Source: a virus (taxonomy: Duplodnaviria > Heunggongvirae > Uroviricota > Caudoviricetes). From it: 47,629 bases of DNA. The stretch lies in IMG/VR virus record IMGVR_UViG_2687453529_000003; one strand, 5' to 3'. A program made the translations under genes and the position numbers. The stretch's first letter is position 1, and every line of letters begins with the position of its first letter. This document shows positions 21,381 to 31,658 of the stretch, piece after piece. The notes beneath the pieces were generated by a model. The model saw nothing but the letters and a program-made list of their open reading frames with translations, made no database searches and was not told the origin of the DNA.

Positions 21381-23289
21381 TCACTCCTCCGGACAGCTTC
21401 GCTGCCAGTTCTTTAAGGGTTGGCCGGGTCGTCTCTTCTTCCCGGGATTTTGCCAGTACAGCCAGATCAAGCTGCCAGCGTTGCACGGACACACGTAATG
21501 CCGCGTAGGCATACACCAGGCAGTCCAGCGCTTCGTTACGCCGCTTTTTGTTATCCCACAGCAGACGCATCTTTCCTTTTTCCCACTTCTCCACAAGCTC
21601 TTCCGCCACCAGTTGCTGCGCCTCTGTCTGCGAAAAAATCTCCGGATCATCAGGAAAACGGATGGCATACGACGTGGCTTCATCCGCAGGCGTGGGATCG
21701 GCTTTCATACGGGCATAGAGAATTTCTTTTGCGGTGTCCGTCCCCACTTCGCACAGATACACGCCCCGCTGATTGCGGGTTTTTGGCATGGTGATCACCG
21801 GCTTGCCATAAACAGATGCACCTTTTACCGGCAGCACCCGGAAAACACCGTGTTTTTTTGACCTCTGATAGACAATTTCGCCATCGATCCCCCCGGTGTC
21901 CCAGCAGACACGGGAAATGGTCATTTCGGTTCCGTCTGCATGGCGGTATTTTTTGTTGATCGCCACATCCACACGTAACAGCGTCTCTTCCTCATCGGGA
22001 CGCCCCATAATGATGATTTTATCCACCAGAAAGGCTTCCTCTCCCGGAGCCCATCCCCAGACATACATCTCAAAACGGTTTCGCTGCGAGTCAATGCCCG
22101 CCGTCAGATAAACCACCCGGGAAGGCACCGCAGCCGTGTAACGCACAACCTTATCCATCAGCACCTGGTGATCGAGTTTTTCGCCCACGGCCTCTTCCCA
22201 GGTCTCGCCCAGCGTGGTGTTCACAAAGGTTTTCAGGCCGTTGGGATCTTTCAGTGCATCCAGCCAGTCATAGACAATCTGTACCCAGGTGGTGAACGGA
22301 CTGTACGCCGTCCAGATATGGAATGTGATGGAGCGCGGCGGCGGAATTTCATTATCCGCGGCGCTGAAAAATGTCAGACCGTCACGAGTCCACATGCCCG
22401 TGTTTTCACAGATCCACCGCCCGTTACTCTGGTCAAGCTCAGACTGATGGATCACACAGCCATGATGCTCACAAAGGTAGAAAACACTTTCTGGCTTATT
22501 CTTCTCCCACTTAAGACCGAAAGGCGAGGCATCATCGCCAAATTTCAGATACTGCTCCTCCCCACAGTGCGGACAGGGCACATAAAAACGCATGAAATGT
22601 GCCGACTCGTTAGCGGCTTTTTCGATCTGGCAGGAGCCTTTGATTTTAGGCGTCGAGCCGCGAATGGATTTTGGCCATACAGAGCCCTCAATACGTTTAT
22701 CCCCCAGCAGGGTTGGCGAACCCTCTTTTTCAACATCCGGTTCGAACGAGGAAAGCTCGTCATAACAAACCACATCCACGGATTTTTCACGGTAGTTTTT
22801 TGCTGCCGCTCCCCCCAGACACCAGAAACCCACACCGGAGGAAAAACGCTTCAGGGTGAGCGTATTATCGCGGTGTTTTCTTCCGAACCATGGAGCCAGC
22901 TCCAGCAATGCAGGAACATCCCTTATCGTTGGCTCAACATGAGATTTCATAAAATCTTCAGCAGCTGAGTCCGTGGGCTGAAAAAGAAGGCTGTTGCGTG
23001 ATTTATGCTCAATAAAATAAGCCTCCACTCCCAGCAACATCTTTGTATAACCAACACGGGCAGATTTAATCAGGTTAACAGTGCGAATCAAATCGTTGCC
23101 CATACAGTTCATGATGCCAACCTGAAACGGCAGTGTTTCCCACCGCCCCGGGGTATAAGACGACTCTTTAGGAAGGTAATAATGTTTATTGGCCCACTGA
23201 ACTGTCGTCAGTGGAACAGGAATAATGAGAGATAAAAGCCCTGTAGCTATCGCACCGGCTGCATTAGCTGCCTTCTGTGCGTCTGAAAT
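21364..23289 (-). CDS. A: terminase large subunit A
   Basis: strong match to lambda A ([17 protein letters not shown] onward); start placed at the internal ATG that gives the lambda-like 26-bp overlap with Nu1. Confidence 0.85.
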   Translation of the reverse strand: MSDAQKAANAAGAIATGLLSLIIPVPLTTVQWANKHYYLPKESSYTPGRWETLPFQVGIMNCMGNDLIRTVNLIKSARVGYTKMLLGVEAYFIEHKSRNSLLFQPTDSAAEDFMKSHVEPTIRDVPALLELAPWFGRKHRDNTLTLKRFSSGVGFWCLGGAAAKNYREKSVDVVCYDELSSFEPDVEKEGSPTLLGDKRIEGSVWPKSIRGSTPKIKGSCQIEKAANESAHFMRFYVPCPHCGEEQYLKFGDDASPFGLKWEKNKPESVFYLCEHHGCVIHQSELDQSNGRWICENTGMWTRDGLTFFSAADNEIPPPRSITFHIWTAYSPFTTWVQIVYDWLDALKDPNGLKTFVNTTLGETWEEAVGEKLDHQVLMDKVVRYTAAVPSRVVYLTAGIDSQRNRFEMYVWGWAPGEEAFLVDKIIIMGRPDEEETLLRVDVAINKKYRHADGTEMTISRVCWDTGGIDGEIVYQRSKKHGVFRVLPVKGASVYGKPVITMPKTRNQRGVYLCEVGTDTAKEILYARMKADPTPADEATSYAIRFPDDPEIFSQTEAQQLVAEELVEKWEKGKMRLLWDNKKRRNEALDCLVYAYAALRVSVQRWQLDLAVLAKSREEETTRPTLKELAAKLSGGVNGYSR

Positions 23290-23812
23290 CATCGATCCAC
23301 CCGCCCACGTTTTCACCGGCCTTAGCTGCAACATTGGAGGCTTTCGCGATTTCAGTTTTCACCACATCAAGGTGTGATGGTGAAATGTCCGGATATTTAC
23401 GCTGTAATGTCAACGGCACACGCACAAGTATCCCCGAAATCTCCTGTGCCACACGTTGCAGAATAAAGGTAAACAGTTCAGTTTCCAGCACCACTCCGTC
23501 TTCACGGGCATTTTTCAGTTCCTGCGCATCTGCCTGCGCTTTTGTGAGCCGGTAGCGTTCATAGTCAATGGTGCCGGGTTGTAAATCTGACTCCGCTGCC
23601 GCACGCAAATCGGCCAGTTCTTTGCGGAGCTTTTCGTTTTCGATATCAGTTTCCCTCTGCGCATACCACTGAATTGCCATGGCAGTATCAAATACAGATT
23701 CAATGCCCTTACTGCCTTTGGAGACGCAAGGGAGCCCCTGAGACTGCCAGCGTTCAATCGTCCGCGGGTCCACGTTAAAAATTTCGGCAAGCCTCTTTTT
23801 ATTAACCTTCAT
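23264..23812 (-). CDS. nu1: terminase small subunit Nu1
   Basis: starts [12 protein letters not shown]..., close to lambda Nu1; the ORF-track N-terminal extension to 24016 would run through cos and is rejected. Confidence 0.85.
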   Translation of the reverse strand: MKVNKKRLAEIFNVDPRTIERWQSQGLPCVSKGSKGIESVFDTAMAIQWYAQRETDIENEKLRKELADLRAAAESDLQPGTIDYERYRLTKAQADAQELKNAREDGVVLETELFTFILQRVAQEISGILVRVPLTLQRKYPDISPSHLDVVKTEIAKASNVAAKAGENVGGWIDDFRRTEGS

Positions 23813-23986
23813 AGAACAACCCATTATCAAATACAAGGCCCGACATGAAAACGCCAGAAAAAGGCATTTTCGGACACTTTCATGTCGGACATTTATGAAT
23901 GCAATATTAAAAAAACAAAAAGTTATATTCGAGAAGTACCGACACGATTTTCCCTGAAAAATTTTCATAAATAGTGAAAAACCGCG

Positions 23987-23998
23987 AGGTCGCCGCCC
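23987..23998. other. cosN cohesive-end site (virion DNA left end)
   Basis: minus strand reads GGGCGGCGACCT, the lambda 12-nt cohesive end, about 175 bp upstream of Nu1. Confidence 0.8.
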
Positions 23999-24099
23999 CG
24001 TAACGGTCTGGATCACCGGAAAGGACCCGCCAACGACTTTCGCGTGCAGGCATTAAAAATTTTGCAGTTCCATGCCTAGTTGAAACCTCGATTTCTATA

Positions 24100-24221
24100 A
24101 CATCCAATTTTGTAAATTTAGATATAGCTCAACTTTTCCTAATGTTTTCAAGTGTATAAAAACAATTGGCGTTACGCCATAACACTATACTTAGGATAAG
24201 TAAAGATTTTAAGGAGTTTTA
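24100..24221 (+). promoter_or_regulatory. AT-rich upstream region with probable promoter and strong ribosome-binding site for the 355-aa cargo gene
   Basis: AT-rich sequence; AAGGAG five nt before the ATG at 24222; no single clear -35/-10 pair. Confidence 0.3.
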
Positions 24222-25289
24222 ATGAGTCAACATCAATATTATCCACAGCTGAAATGGAAGCCTGCTGAATATGAATCTCTGATGCTTTTAGATCAAACTA
24301 CGCTCTCTGGTTTTACTCCGATCATTACCATTCCAGACATAGACTGGGATTATGAAAACGAATGCTACAAGAAGAGTTTGAGTTCTTACTTATCTGACTT
24401 CGGTATTAACCTTGCGGCATCCTGGAAAGCCAATCGTCCTGTTTTGCTGGATGTTAAATATTTAGATAAACATGGTTCGAGCCGCCATCATCCTCTAGAT
24501 ATGTGTATCCAAGATGCTAGAGTAAATGGTAAGGAAATTATCCCTGTTGTTTCTCCCGCATATTCAACAAACTATATACATGCTGTTCAACGCAACTTAA
24601 TCAATGGGCTCGCTATATCTATCACCCCCCAGACATGGCACCAATTCACAAGTCTGGTTAACCACTTAAATATTCATCCTAGTTTAATTGATGTAATCAT
24701 TGATTTTGGAGATATTCAAAACGCAACTGATAGTTTAAAACAACAAGCATTAAGCATGGTCAACACATTATCAGGCCAAGCTCCGTGGAGAAACTTGATT
24801 TTATCTTCAACCGCATACCCAGCATCACAGGCAGGGATACCGCAACATCAAGTTCATCATATTCCGCGCCATGAATACGATCTTTGGATGCACGTAGTAC
24901 AGAATTTTAGCAATGGAAGAACGCCAAGTTTTAGTGATTATCCCACCGCTAGCTCTACCATTACGAGCGTAGACCCACGCTTCATGTCTCAGTATGTCTC
25001 AGTGAGATATTCGAACGATACCTCATGGATCTTTGTAAAAGGTACCGCAGTTAAAGGAAATGGATGGGGCCAAACTAAAAACTTATGTACTACCCTTGTT
25101 AGTTCGCCAGAGTATCAAGTCTTTGGTTCCAAATTTAGTTGGGGGGATGATTACATTTACCAAAGATCATTAGGCGCTAACAAATCTGGCGGCTCTAAAG
25201 AATGGCGTAAAGTTGCACATACGCACCATATTACGTTAGTCGTGAAACAGCTTTATTGGTTGGCGCAGACTCAGCCTGCCAAGCCTTAA
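24222..25289 (+). CDS. hypothetical 355-aa protein, cargo gene A of a convergent pair
   Basis: long ORF in an AT-rich island with a strong ribosome-binding site; no motif recognised. Confidence 0.6.
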   Translation: MSQHQYYPQLKWKPAEYESLMLLDQTTLSGFTPIITIPDIDWDYENECYKKSLSSYLSDFGINLAASWKANRPVLLDVKYLDKHGSSRHHPLDMCIQDARVNGKEIIPVVSPAYSTNYIHAVQRNLINGLAISITPQTWHQFTSLVNHLNIHPSLIDVIIDFGDIQNATDSLKQQALSMVNTLSGQAPWRNLILSSTAYPASQAGIPQHQVHHIPRHEYDLWMHVVQNFSNGRTPSFSDYPTASSTITSVDPRFMSQYVSVRYSNDTSWIFVKGTAVKGNGWGQTKNLCTTLVSSPEYQVFGSKFSWGDDYIYQRSLGANKSGGSKEWRKVAHTHHITLVVKQLYWLAQTQPAKP

Positions 25290-25851
25290 CTTTCCAGCCT
25301 ACGCGTTTCTTTAAGGCTGTTCTGACTTCAAGCCTGAGATTCGCTATTGGAATATTTTCCGCAATAATATTCCATAACTCAAATCGGGGCTTGCTTTTGA
25401 TTCCTTTGGAATAGCCCCATCGTTCAAGTACGTCGATACATTCATCTTTCCAAAGCAATTGAGCGAGCATCAATGTGTCATGGTTTCGATTAAGCTTTTC
25501 TCCACGCATGTGCTTTATAAGAATGGCGCCTTTTGGCCCAACAGAAACCGTTTTAACGCCCCACCAACCTGGGATTAACTTTAATGCTCCCTCAAGATGT
25601 TTCTCAGCTACGACAAGAGTAACCTTGTCCATTACAGAAGAATAATGCTTGATTTGAAGAGGCAAACGCTCCAAAGAGTCATATTCACTTTTGAGCTCGT
25701 ACCCGTGTATAACACCATTTATTACAGCAATGTCTGCTCTACTGGCGCCAAGGGATATGGAAAATTCATCGACCACAAGGCAGTCTGGATCTAAATGCGA
25801 TTCTTTCAAAAGCTTATGATGCACCGCGAACCTAACATCTTGATCTTTCAT
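25231..25851 (-). CDS. hypothetical 206-aa protein with PD-(D/E)xK nuclease-like motif, cargo gene B
   Basis: ribosome-binding site GGAGAAG before the ATG; N-terminal ...DEFSI...RADIAVINGVIHGYELKSEYD fits a D ... (D/E)-x-K restriction-endonuclease-fold core; 3' end overlaps gene A by 59 bp on the opposite strand. Confidence 0.6.
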   Translation of the reverse strand: MKDQDVRFAVHHKLLKESHLDPDCLVVDEFSISLGASRADIAVINGVIHGYELKSEYDSLERLPLQIKHYSSVMDKVTLVVAEKHLEGALKLIPGWWGVKTVSVGPKGAILIKHMRGEKLNRNHDTLMLAQLLWKDECIDVLERWGYSKGIKSKPRFELWNIIAENIPIANLRLEVRTALKKRVGWKVKAWQAESAPTNKAVSRLT

Positions 25852-25871
25852 GACTTCTCCTTACTCCCTCC

Positions 25872-25910
25872 GTTATTGAATTATAGCGCACTGCATTTTA
25901 CTGCATTTGA
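25872..25910 (-). promoter_or_regulatory. putative promoter with tandem direct repeats upstream of the 206-aa gene
   Basis: minus-strand TATAAT about 25 nt upstream of the ATG; two tandem 10-bp repeats (CTGCATTTTA / CTGCATTTGA on the plus strand) cover the -35 position. Confidence 0.35.
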
Positions 25911-26200
25911 GAGATTTGACCACTTCAATCACAAAATGCTTATCTGCAGCAACAAGATTCATAGCCATACGACTATGGTGATTACCTTTTGTCTGGAAAA
26001 CTGACCATTCCACGAAGATCAGATAGGTCTATAGAATCTTGGTTTGTCATAGCGTTCGCCTTACTTTGAGATGAACCTTTGCTGCATAGGAGATCAGCCC
26101 GTCAAGGCTCACCAGCACTAACTGACTACTCAAAGGCTCATTCCAAAGGGTTTGGTTCGACGTGGTTGAGTGCGCTGCGGTGCGCGGTGAAATACCTGTA

Positions 26201-26232
26201 CAAAAATGCCCCGCATCTGCGAGGCATTTTCC
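26201..26232 (-). terminator. hairpin terminator downstream of Rz, flanked by A and T runs (potentially bidirectional)
   Basis: aaaaatgcc-ccgcatctgcga-ggcattttcc. Confidence 0.45.
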
Positions 26233-26267
26233 TGAAAGTCACGTATTAAATTTCAGTGAAATTAAAA

Positions 26268-26741
26268 TTATTTTAAGCACTGCGTCCTGATGTACTCCTG
26301 CAGGTAGTTGACCTGCGCGGTTATCTTGTCGATTCCACTTCGGAGACGGTAATAATTGAGTTCAGCATCTGCTGTAAGTCCTGGGCTTTCTCCATCGCCC
26401 ATGCCGCTGGCTCCGGTCGTTGACTTTGCACAGGTGGCGGCGACTTGCAGGCGCTTACGCCCAGCAGAAACATCAGCACGGAGACTTTCGATAGTCGCGT
26501 TAGCATCAGCAAGCTCCTTTGTGTATCTTGCGTCGAGTTCTGCTACATCACGTTGACGCTTCCGCATGTCAGCGATGGTGGCGTTCGCCTTCTCCAGTTC
26601 ACTGGCCTTGTTATCGCGCTGCTCTTTGTAGGCGATGGCGTTATCACGGTAATGATTGACCGCCCACGACAGGCAGACGATGGTGCAGATAACCAGAGTA
26701 TAAATAATCGCTGCGACTCTGCTCACTGATCTATCCCCCAA
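26268..26741 (-). CDS. Rz: spanin inner-membrane subunit Rz
   Basis: matches lambda Rz ([15 protein letters not shown]..., ...[10 protein letters not shown]...). Confidence 0.85.
   Translation of the reverse strand: MGDRSVSRVAAIIYTLVICTIVCLSWAVNHYRDNAIAYKEQRDNKASELEKANATIADMRKRQRDVAELDARYTKELADANATIESLRADVSAGRKRLQVAATCAKSTTGASGMGDGESPGLTADAELNYYRLRSGIDKITAQVNYLQEYIRTQCLK
26321..26512 (-). CDS. Rz1: spanin outer-membrane lipoprotein Rz1, embedded in the +1 frame of Rz
   Basis: ORF wholly inside Rz with a lipobox-like LGVSAC and a proline-rich mature region. Confidence 0.6.
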   Translation of the reverse strand: MLMLTRLSKVSVLMFLLGVSACKSPPPVQSQRPEPAAWAMEKAQDLQQMLNSIITVSEVESTR

Positions 26742-27256
26742 CAGGCTAATGCGCTTTCCTGGTCACGACGAATAACCTGTCCATAGCAGTTATTTGAACG
26801 TATGCGGCAATCGTGCCCACCATCTTTTATCCACCAGCGAATCGCCTCGCATGCGCCCTTACGATCACCGGCATTCAGCCGCTTATAAAACGTCGACGGG
26901 AAACACTTACCGGGGCCAATGTTATAGGGACAGAATGACGCTATACCCGCTTTCTGTGGTTCGGTCAGTGGTACTTTAATATTGCGCTCCACCCATGCCA
27001 GCGCCTTATCACGTTCAATAGCGTTAACCTGGTCGCATTTTTCCTTCGACAGCTTCATTCCCGGTATGACGGGCTTACCATCCACCATTGTGGCACCACG
27101 ACAGATGGTCCATAAACCGGAACCATCGCGGTATGCCGTAGTGTGGTTACCCTCTTTTTCATCCAGAAACTGGTCAAGTATTTGAGGAGCAGACGCGCCT
27201 GCAGCAATCAGCGCCAGAACAGCAGCTGACAGGCCGTATTTGATTTTTGCGCTCAT
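26723..27256 (-). CDS. R: SAR (signal-anchor-release) endolysin, T4-lysozyme-like
   Basis: 177-aa ORF with Gly/Ala-rich N-terminal membrane segment followed by a lysozyme-like catalytic region; phage-21 R type. Confidence 0.8.
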   Translation of the reverse strand: MSAKIKYGLSAAVLALIAAGASAPQILDQFLDEKEGNHTTAYRDGSGLWTICRGATMVDGKPVIPGMKLSKEKCDQVNAIERDKALAWVERNIKVPLTEPQKAGIASFCPYNIGPGKCFPSTFYKRLNAGDRKGACEAIRWWIKDGGHDCRIRSNNCYGQVIRRDQESALACWGIDQ

Positions 27257-27311
27257 GGATATTTATCAGGATGCTACCAATGAAAGATACCGGAAAGCCA
27301 ACTGCAAAAAG

Positions 27312-27626
27312 CTAACAACCCGTAATCGAGTTATCAGAACTGTTAATTTTTATGGTATACCGCGCCTCTGAACAGGGGCGCGTTTCTGGCAACAGCTCGT
27401 CCCCTTCACATAACCCGGCAGCAACATCCAGGAAGACCTGTCTGATGCTCCTTCTGGCTGCTGCCTCATAAAACTCCAGCGCGGCACCTTCAACACGGTC
27501 CAGCGAGATGTCCAGGTCAAAAATTTCACCGTCAAAGCGTTTTTTGTCCCGTAACGCTAAAGTTACCGTAACTTTATTCTCAAAATTGCGGATCCCTTTC
27601 ACAATCAGTTTATAGTTTTGAGTCAT
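27312..27626 (-). CDS. 104-aa protein inserted between holin and endolysin (recalled as YdfR/DUF1327-like)
   Basis: translationally coupled to the end of S (ribosome-binding site GGGAGAG within the last S codons); same position and size as the unknown-function gene between holin and lysozyme in E. coli Qin-type prophages, from memory. Confidence 0.5.
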   Translation of the reverse strand: MTQNYKLIVKGIRNFENKVTVTLALRDKKRFDGEIFDLDISLDRVEGAALEFYEAAARRSIRQVFLDVAAGLCEGDELLPETRPCSEARYTIKINSSDNSITGC

Positions 27627-27630
27627 TGAA

Positions 27631-27846
27631 TTACTCTCCCCGTGCAGCCTTACGACGGTCCTCTCTGATTTTGAAATACAGGTTAGTCAGATATGTCAGC
27701 AGCCCAAACAGCAGACTCCCCAGCACGCCTATTGCCGCCCACTGAGACGGGGAAACCCTGTCCAGCAACTGCAGGAACCAGTAGCCCGTTCCCACCGCTG
27801 ACGTGGTGTATGACACACCTGTTGTGATTTTTTCCATCTGGTACAT
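27631..27846 (-). CDS. S: pinholin S (phage-21 S21 type)
   Basis: the C-terminal 68-71 residues (...[32 protein letters not shown]) match the S21 pinholin; the longer ORF-track form is taken as an upstream extension. Confidence 0.8.
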   Translation of the reverse strand: MYQMEKITTGVSYTTSAVGTGYWFLQLLDRVSPSQWAAIGVLGSLLFGLLTYLTNLYFKIREDRRKAARGE

Positions 27847-27995
27847 ACCCCGTCTCCCGTTATCCGGAAGCTGACAACAATAAAAAAGCCACCAGTTAAG
27901 TACTGATGGCTCTGATAACTCATGCAGGCGTCTCAGACGACCCACTGACACTACCGGTGAGTTTAACGATACCTTCCATTTGACTGGCTCACTTT

Positions 27996-29849
27996 TTATG
28001 ATGATGCCGGTGCATTTATCTCCAGCACCAGACTTTCTATCTCAACGCCATACGTTGCATTTTTGGTAATATCCGTCAGCGTCAGTGCATTTAGTCCCAC
28101 TGTCAGACTGTCTTTTATGACCTGGAATGCCGGGCCAGCCACTCCATTCAGTTTCGGAGTAACCGTGGCACTGCCGGCGGTGAACACCAGCTCCAGCGTC
28201 TGCCAGTCGTTACTGTAATTCCCGAACTCGCCCAACTTTGTGTTTCCGGCTTTCTTGTGATGCATCAGATTCAGTTTGCCGTCTGTGGTCTGGGTGAAGA
28301 ACGACATCAGGAACGGGTTACCAGTCCCGGTCATCGCCACGACGTCAGGTAACGCTACATCGGTATACAGATAAATTCCCAGACCGAACTGGTTGTTGGT
28401 CAGTGCGCCTGACAGTCGAAACTTACAGCTCAGTCTGCCACCCCGTGTCAGCAGGGAGACTGCGTCATCCACCGGGCGCGTCAGGGACCAGGCTTTATTG
28501 CTCTGCTTGGTGATCTTAAATACACCATCTGACAACTGAATTCCACCATTCTTAATGCTCCAGCCCTGCGCAGCAGCCTCTCCGGCTGTCGGCAGCAGGG
28601 AGATTGTGCGAACGGACGTATCTGCAGACGGACCCGATGGCGTGTCGCCGCCGGGCGAGGGTTTGATTTCCGGTGCCTTACCACTGATGAAGGCTGAGGT
28701 GCGCCCGGCTGCGTTCAGAATAGCGGTTGCCATACGATCGGGAATAATGCCACGACGCGCCCATGAGCTGAAATGCGTCGGGCGATTTGATGATACCCAG
28801 TTTTTGTTCGTTCGGGATGCCGAACCGTAATAACCAGACCCGACAATATCAGGATCTTCTGACGGGTTGTTTGTCGGTGTATTAACTCCGCTACCATCGG
28901 TCATAAAGGGAACAAAATAAATCTGCTGGGATTCTTTACCTTTATATGCACCATATACCACTTCATATTGCGTACCGTGTTCTTGTTTCCACGCGTATGT
29001 CGTGTCGCCACAAATCCAGGGGACTGATGCCGGACTTCCACCGTGACACTGCGCCGCCAGCCCGGCAAGGTCAGCACGGAACTGCTGTACCATTGCAAGA
29101 AATGCTGCTGGCTGCTGGGCGTAACTGGCATTCGTCATATCGAATTCCCCCTGCATCCAGCATATCGCCAGCAAAACGTTTTTCGGGTTTTTCTGCAATG
29201 CTGCCTTCGTGCGGAAAAGCAGATCCTGATATAACGGCTTACCCACTCCCCAGCGAGCCGAATCCTGACTGGCCCCCGTGGACTCGCTGAATGTCCCCTC
29301 CGTGCCCTGGGTGAATGCCGAACCACCACGACAGCATGGTACCAGCAGGATCCCCGCGTTATTAGGGATATACGGAAGCAGTTTTTTGGCAATATGTAAG
29401 CCCTGTCCGACACAGCCGTACTGCCCTTTGCTCAGGTCAGCCCGGGGATGGTTAATCGTACTCATATCCTGAACATCATGCAGACAATGGTCAGCAGGAA
29501 TGATGTCGTTAAATACGCATACTTCACCACCGGGAGTCACTGTGTTACGACGGGCCAGTTGCTTAATGCGCGGATGGGGCGCATCGTATGAATCCGGAAG
29601 CGGAAGCCCTTCACCGTAAGCCATGGCATTGGACTGCCCGGCCAGTACGATGACGTAGTACCACTCCGGCTCAGTTGCACCACTGACGACCACATCACCT
29701 TCTGCTGCAATCGCCTGCATCAGGGTATAAGGGGTTATGGCCACCGGACTACCAAACGGCTGCCAGCCCTCTTTCAGTTTATGTGTCAGCTTTTCCGCAA
29801 GATCTGACGGCGACGCCGCCCTGACAACATCATAGTGTTTAAATGCCAT
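27996..29849 (-). CDS. prophage sialate O-acetylesterase (NanS-p-like; SGNH hydrolase with C-terminal lectin-like domain)
   Basis: about 617 aa; GQSNA SGNH motif; sits upstream of the holin as the nanS-p/yjhS-like genes do in Stx and related lambdoid phages. Confidence 0.65.
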   Translation of the reverse strand: MAFKHYDVVRAASPSDLAEKLTHKLKEGWQPFGSPVAITPYTLMQAIAAEGDVVVSGATEPEWYYVIVLAGQSNAMAYGEGLPLPDSYDAPHPRIKQLARRNTVTPGGEVCVFNDIIPADHCLHDVQDMSTINHPRADLSKGQYGCVGQGLHIAKKLLPYIPNNAGILLVPCCRGGSAFTQGTEGTFSESTGASQDSARWGVGKPLYQDLLFRTKAALQKNPKNVLLAICWMQGEFDMTNASYAQQPAAFLAMVQQFRADLAGLAAQCHGGSPASVPWICGDTTYAWKQEHGTQYEVVYGAYKGKESQQIYFVPFMTDGSGVNTPTNNPSEDPDIVGSGYYGSASRTNKNWVSSNRPTHFSSWARRGIIPDRMATAILNAAGRTSAFISGKAPEIKPSPGGDTPSGPSADTSVRTISLLPTAGEAAAQGWSIKNGGIQLSDGVFKITKQSNKAWSLTRPVDDAVSLLTRGGRLSCKFRLSGALTNNQFGLGIYLYTDVALPDVVAMTGTGNPFLMSFFTQTTDGKLNLMHHKKAGNTKLGEFGNYSNDWQTLELVFTAGSATVTPKLNGVAGPAFQVIKDSLTVGLNALTLTDITKNATYGVEIESLVLEINAPASS

Positions 29850-30042
29850 GGTTCTTTCCACCATCTGAAAAATGATTCTTTAAAATACCTGACATGTAAT
29901 ACAGAAAAAACACAAAACCATACCTTAATTAAAAACCTCATCATCAAGCAGATATGCATGGATAAACTACAAGACGAGATATAAACCACCCTGCATTTAA
30001 ATAAACAATAAACAACATCAGAAAAATAATTCTGCTCTATGG

Positions 30043-30069
30043 TTTACAATCAAAAATATCATTTATACT
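30043..30069 (+). promoter_or_regulatory. putative promoter for the plus-strand cargo ORF
   Basis: TTTACA, 15-nt spacer, TATACT, about 40 nt upstream of the ATG; AAGGA ribosome-binding site. Confidence 0.35.
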
Positions 30070-30109
30070 TTTCAGAACATCACCAGCAAGGCATAAACAA
30101 GGAAACTAA

Positions 30110-30445
30110 ATGAAGTGGATTGTGATTGATACAGTTATCCAGCCATCATGCGGAATATCTTTTTCAGTCATATGGAGTAAAATAAAATTAATAATCTGGT
30201 ATCAATCGGATGCTTTCTTACCTCCTGAAAGTATATTTACACTGACTCACACAGGCATCATGCTCAATAACAAAGTGCTGCCTGTAACCATTTACAACGT
30301 AGTACCATTCAATAAAACATTCTGGAATTTAATCAAAAACAGCCAGGAATGCCCTACAAATACAGATAACGTATTGAATGAATGCTTTAATAACCGTTGC
30401 ACTCTGCAAATATGTCCTTATGGGCTAAAACAACAAAGTCCATAA
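30110..30445 (+). CDS. hypothetical 111-aa Cys-containing protein, opposite-strand moron in the stx slot
   Basis: AT-rich ORF with ribosome-binding site and putative promoter; followed by a hairpin. Confidence 0.5.
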   Translation: MKWIVIDTVIQPSCGISFSVIWSKIKLIIWYQSDAFLPPESIFTLTHTGIMLNNKVLPVTIYNVVPFNKTFWNLIKNSQECPTNTDNVLNECFNNRCTLQICPYGLKQQSP

Positions 30446-30481
30446 GGAGTTTACTCACATCTGACAAAATCAATATAAACA

Positions 30482-30505
30482 GCCCCTCCGGAGAGGGGCT
30501 GGAGA
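30482..30505. terminator. hairpin between the two convergent cargo ORFs
   Basis: cagcccctc-cggaga-ggggctgg, followed on the minus strand by a T-rich stretch. Confidence 0.4.
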
Positions 30506-30892
30506 GTGGCGCTATGTGCCATTGCATGGTGCCGGGTGCCTCCCGGTGAATTCAGTACCAGCACCTGAATCCGCGATTATCCCATATACCTACTCGCTGA
30601 TTGCCCCTCCGCACAGGGGGATTCACCATGCCAGTTTCTTTTAACAAACTCCCCGCAAACCAGACAACAGTCAACCGCCTGAATTGTGAAGTATTTAAAA
30701 ATTTCTCCCGCTAACTGATACCCGGCTAACAGTCTGGCGTTTTCTTTTTCAGCAACGGGAAAGCAGCAACCACCACACCCGCCACCAGCACACCGTCAGC
30801 CAGCACTGACATTATCCGGCTGCTGCAATGCCATTCACAAAAACAGTAAGCAATCACTTTTTACCGTAACCGGTGATAATCCAGATATGTAT

Positions 30893-31249
30893 CTACCCCA
30901 GATGAGTAATCCGAAGTTCATCCATACCACAGGTCCTGGCTATTCTGTTGTACTCCTGAACAAGAGCAAATAATTCTGAATTAGCCACCATGAACTCATC
31001 GCAAACCCTCTGTATAGCATCACTATTCAGAATAATAACGTCTCTTCCCGAAAGACGATCAGGAGTACAGAACAAAACTGTCAAACGGCTGAAGGCCTTT
31101 GCTCGTTCTGCATTGACTATATCAATACGCTGCCTAAGGATGAAACACCCCGACGCCTCATCAATATTCACTCTACCCACACCATATGAATGATAAATAT
31201 TTAATGCTGAAAAAACCATTAGACCGTATAACAAACTCTCAATCAACAC
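30893..31249 (-). CDS. hypothetical protein of about 110 aa in the stx slot downstream of the tRNAs
   Basis: ORF directly downstream of the tRNA pair; start uncertain (GTG at 31249 or ATG at about 31219). Confidence 0.4.
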   Translation of the reverse strand: MLIESLLYGLMVFSALNIYHSYGVGRVNIDEASGCFILRQRIDIVNAERAKAFSRLTVLFCTPDRLSGRDVIILNSDAIQRVCDEFMVANSELFALVQEYNRIARTCGMDELRITHLG

Positions 31250-31356
31250 TTAACAGAACTTTTATTTTTGACAAACATATAATATTTTCAACAATATCCT
31301 GAGCCAGGTATATTTCAGTATAAGGCTCTGCCGAAAGGAATCTGGAAGAATGAATA

Positions 31357-31433
31357 TGGCGCGCTGTACTGGATTCGAACCAGTAACCGATTGCTTAGAA
31401 GGCAATTGCTCTGTCCGGCTGAGCTAACAACGC
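31357..31433 (-). tRNA. tRNA-Arg (anticodon UCU)
   Basis: cloverleaf-compatible 77-nt sequence with GTTCGAATCC T-arm, anticodon loop cuUCUaa and encoded CCA. Confidence 0.8.
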
Positions 31434-31534
31434 TGAATACCGATAATGGACCGCCATCGGGGACCCGCCCCCGCACCAACAACCCTGTTATCGTGTCGTC
31501 TGCTCTTCCTGATAAGCTAATGGCGGTTTGTGAT

Positions 31535-31610
31535 GGTGGCCCTTGCTGGATTTGAACCAGCGACCTGGCGATTATGAGTCGCTCGCTCTCACCACTGAGC
31601 TAAAGGGCCG
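31535..31610 (-). tRNA. tRNA with CAU anticodon (Ile2/lysidine type, or Met)
   Basis: 76-nt sequence GGCCCTTTAGCTCAGTGGT...ctCATaa...GGTTCAAATCC...CCA, resembling the ileZ-type tRNA of lambdoid late regions. Confidence 0.8.
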
Positions 31611-31658
31611 GAAGCAGAATAATAATGGTGCGTAATTAATTCTGCAATCTCATCCGTT

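Noticed and set aside
23813-24016. N-terminal extension of the Nu1 ORF (250-aa form)
   Set aside because: The extension runs through cos; Nu1 homology starts at the internal MKVNKK methionine.
29865-31356. Possible Shiga toxin genes downstream of the late-region tRNAs
   Set aside because: The ORFs present are about 110 aa, with no stxA-sized ORF (about 319 aa) and no stxB-like signal-peptide ORF pair; the prophage appears stx-negative.
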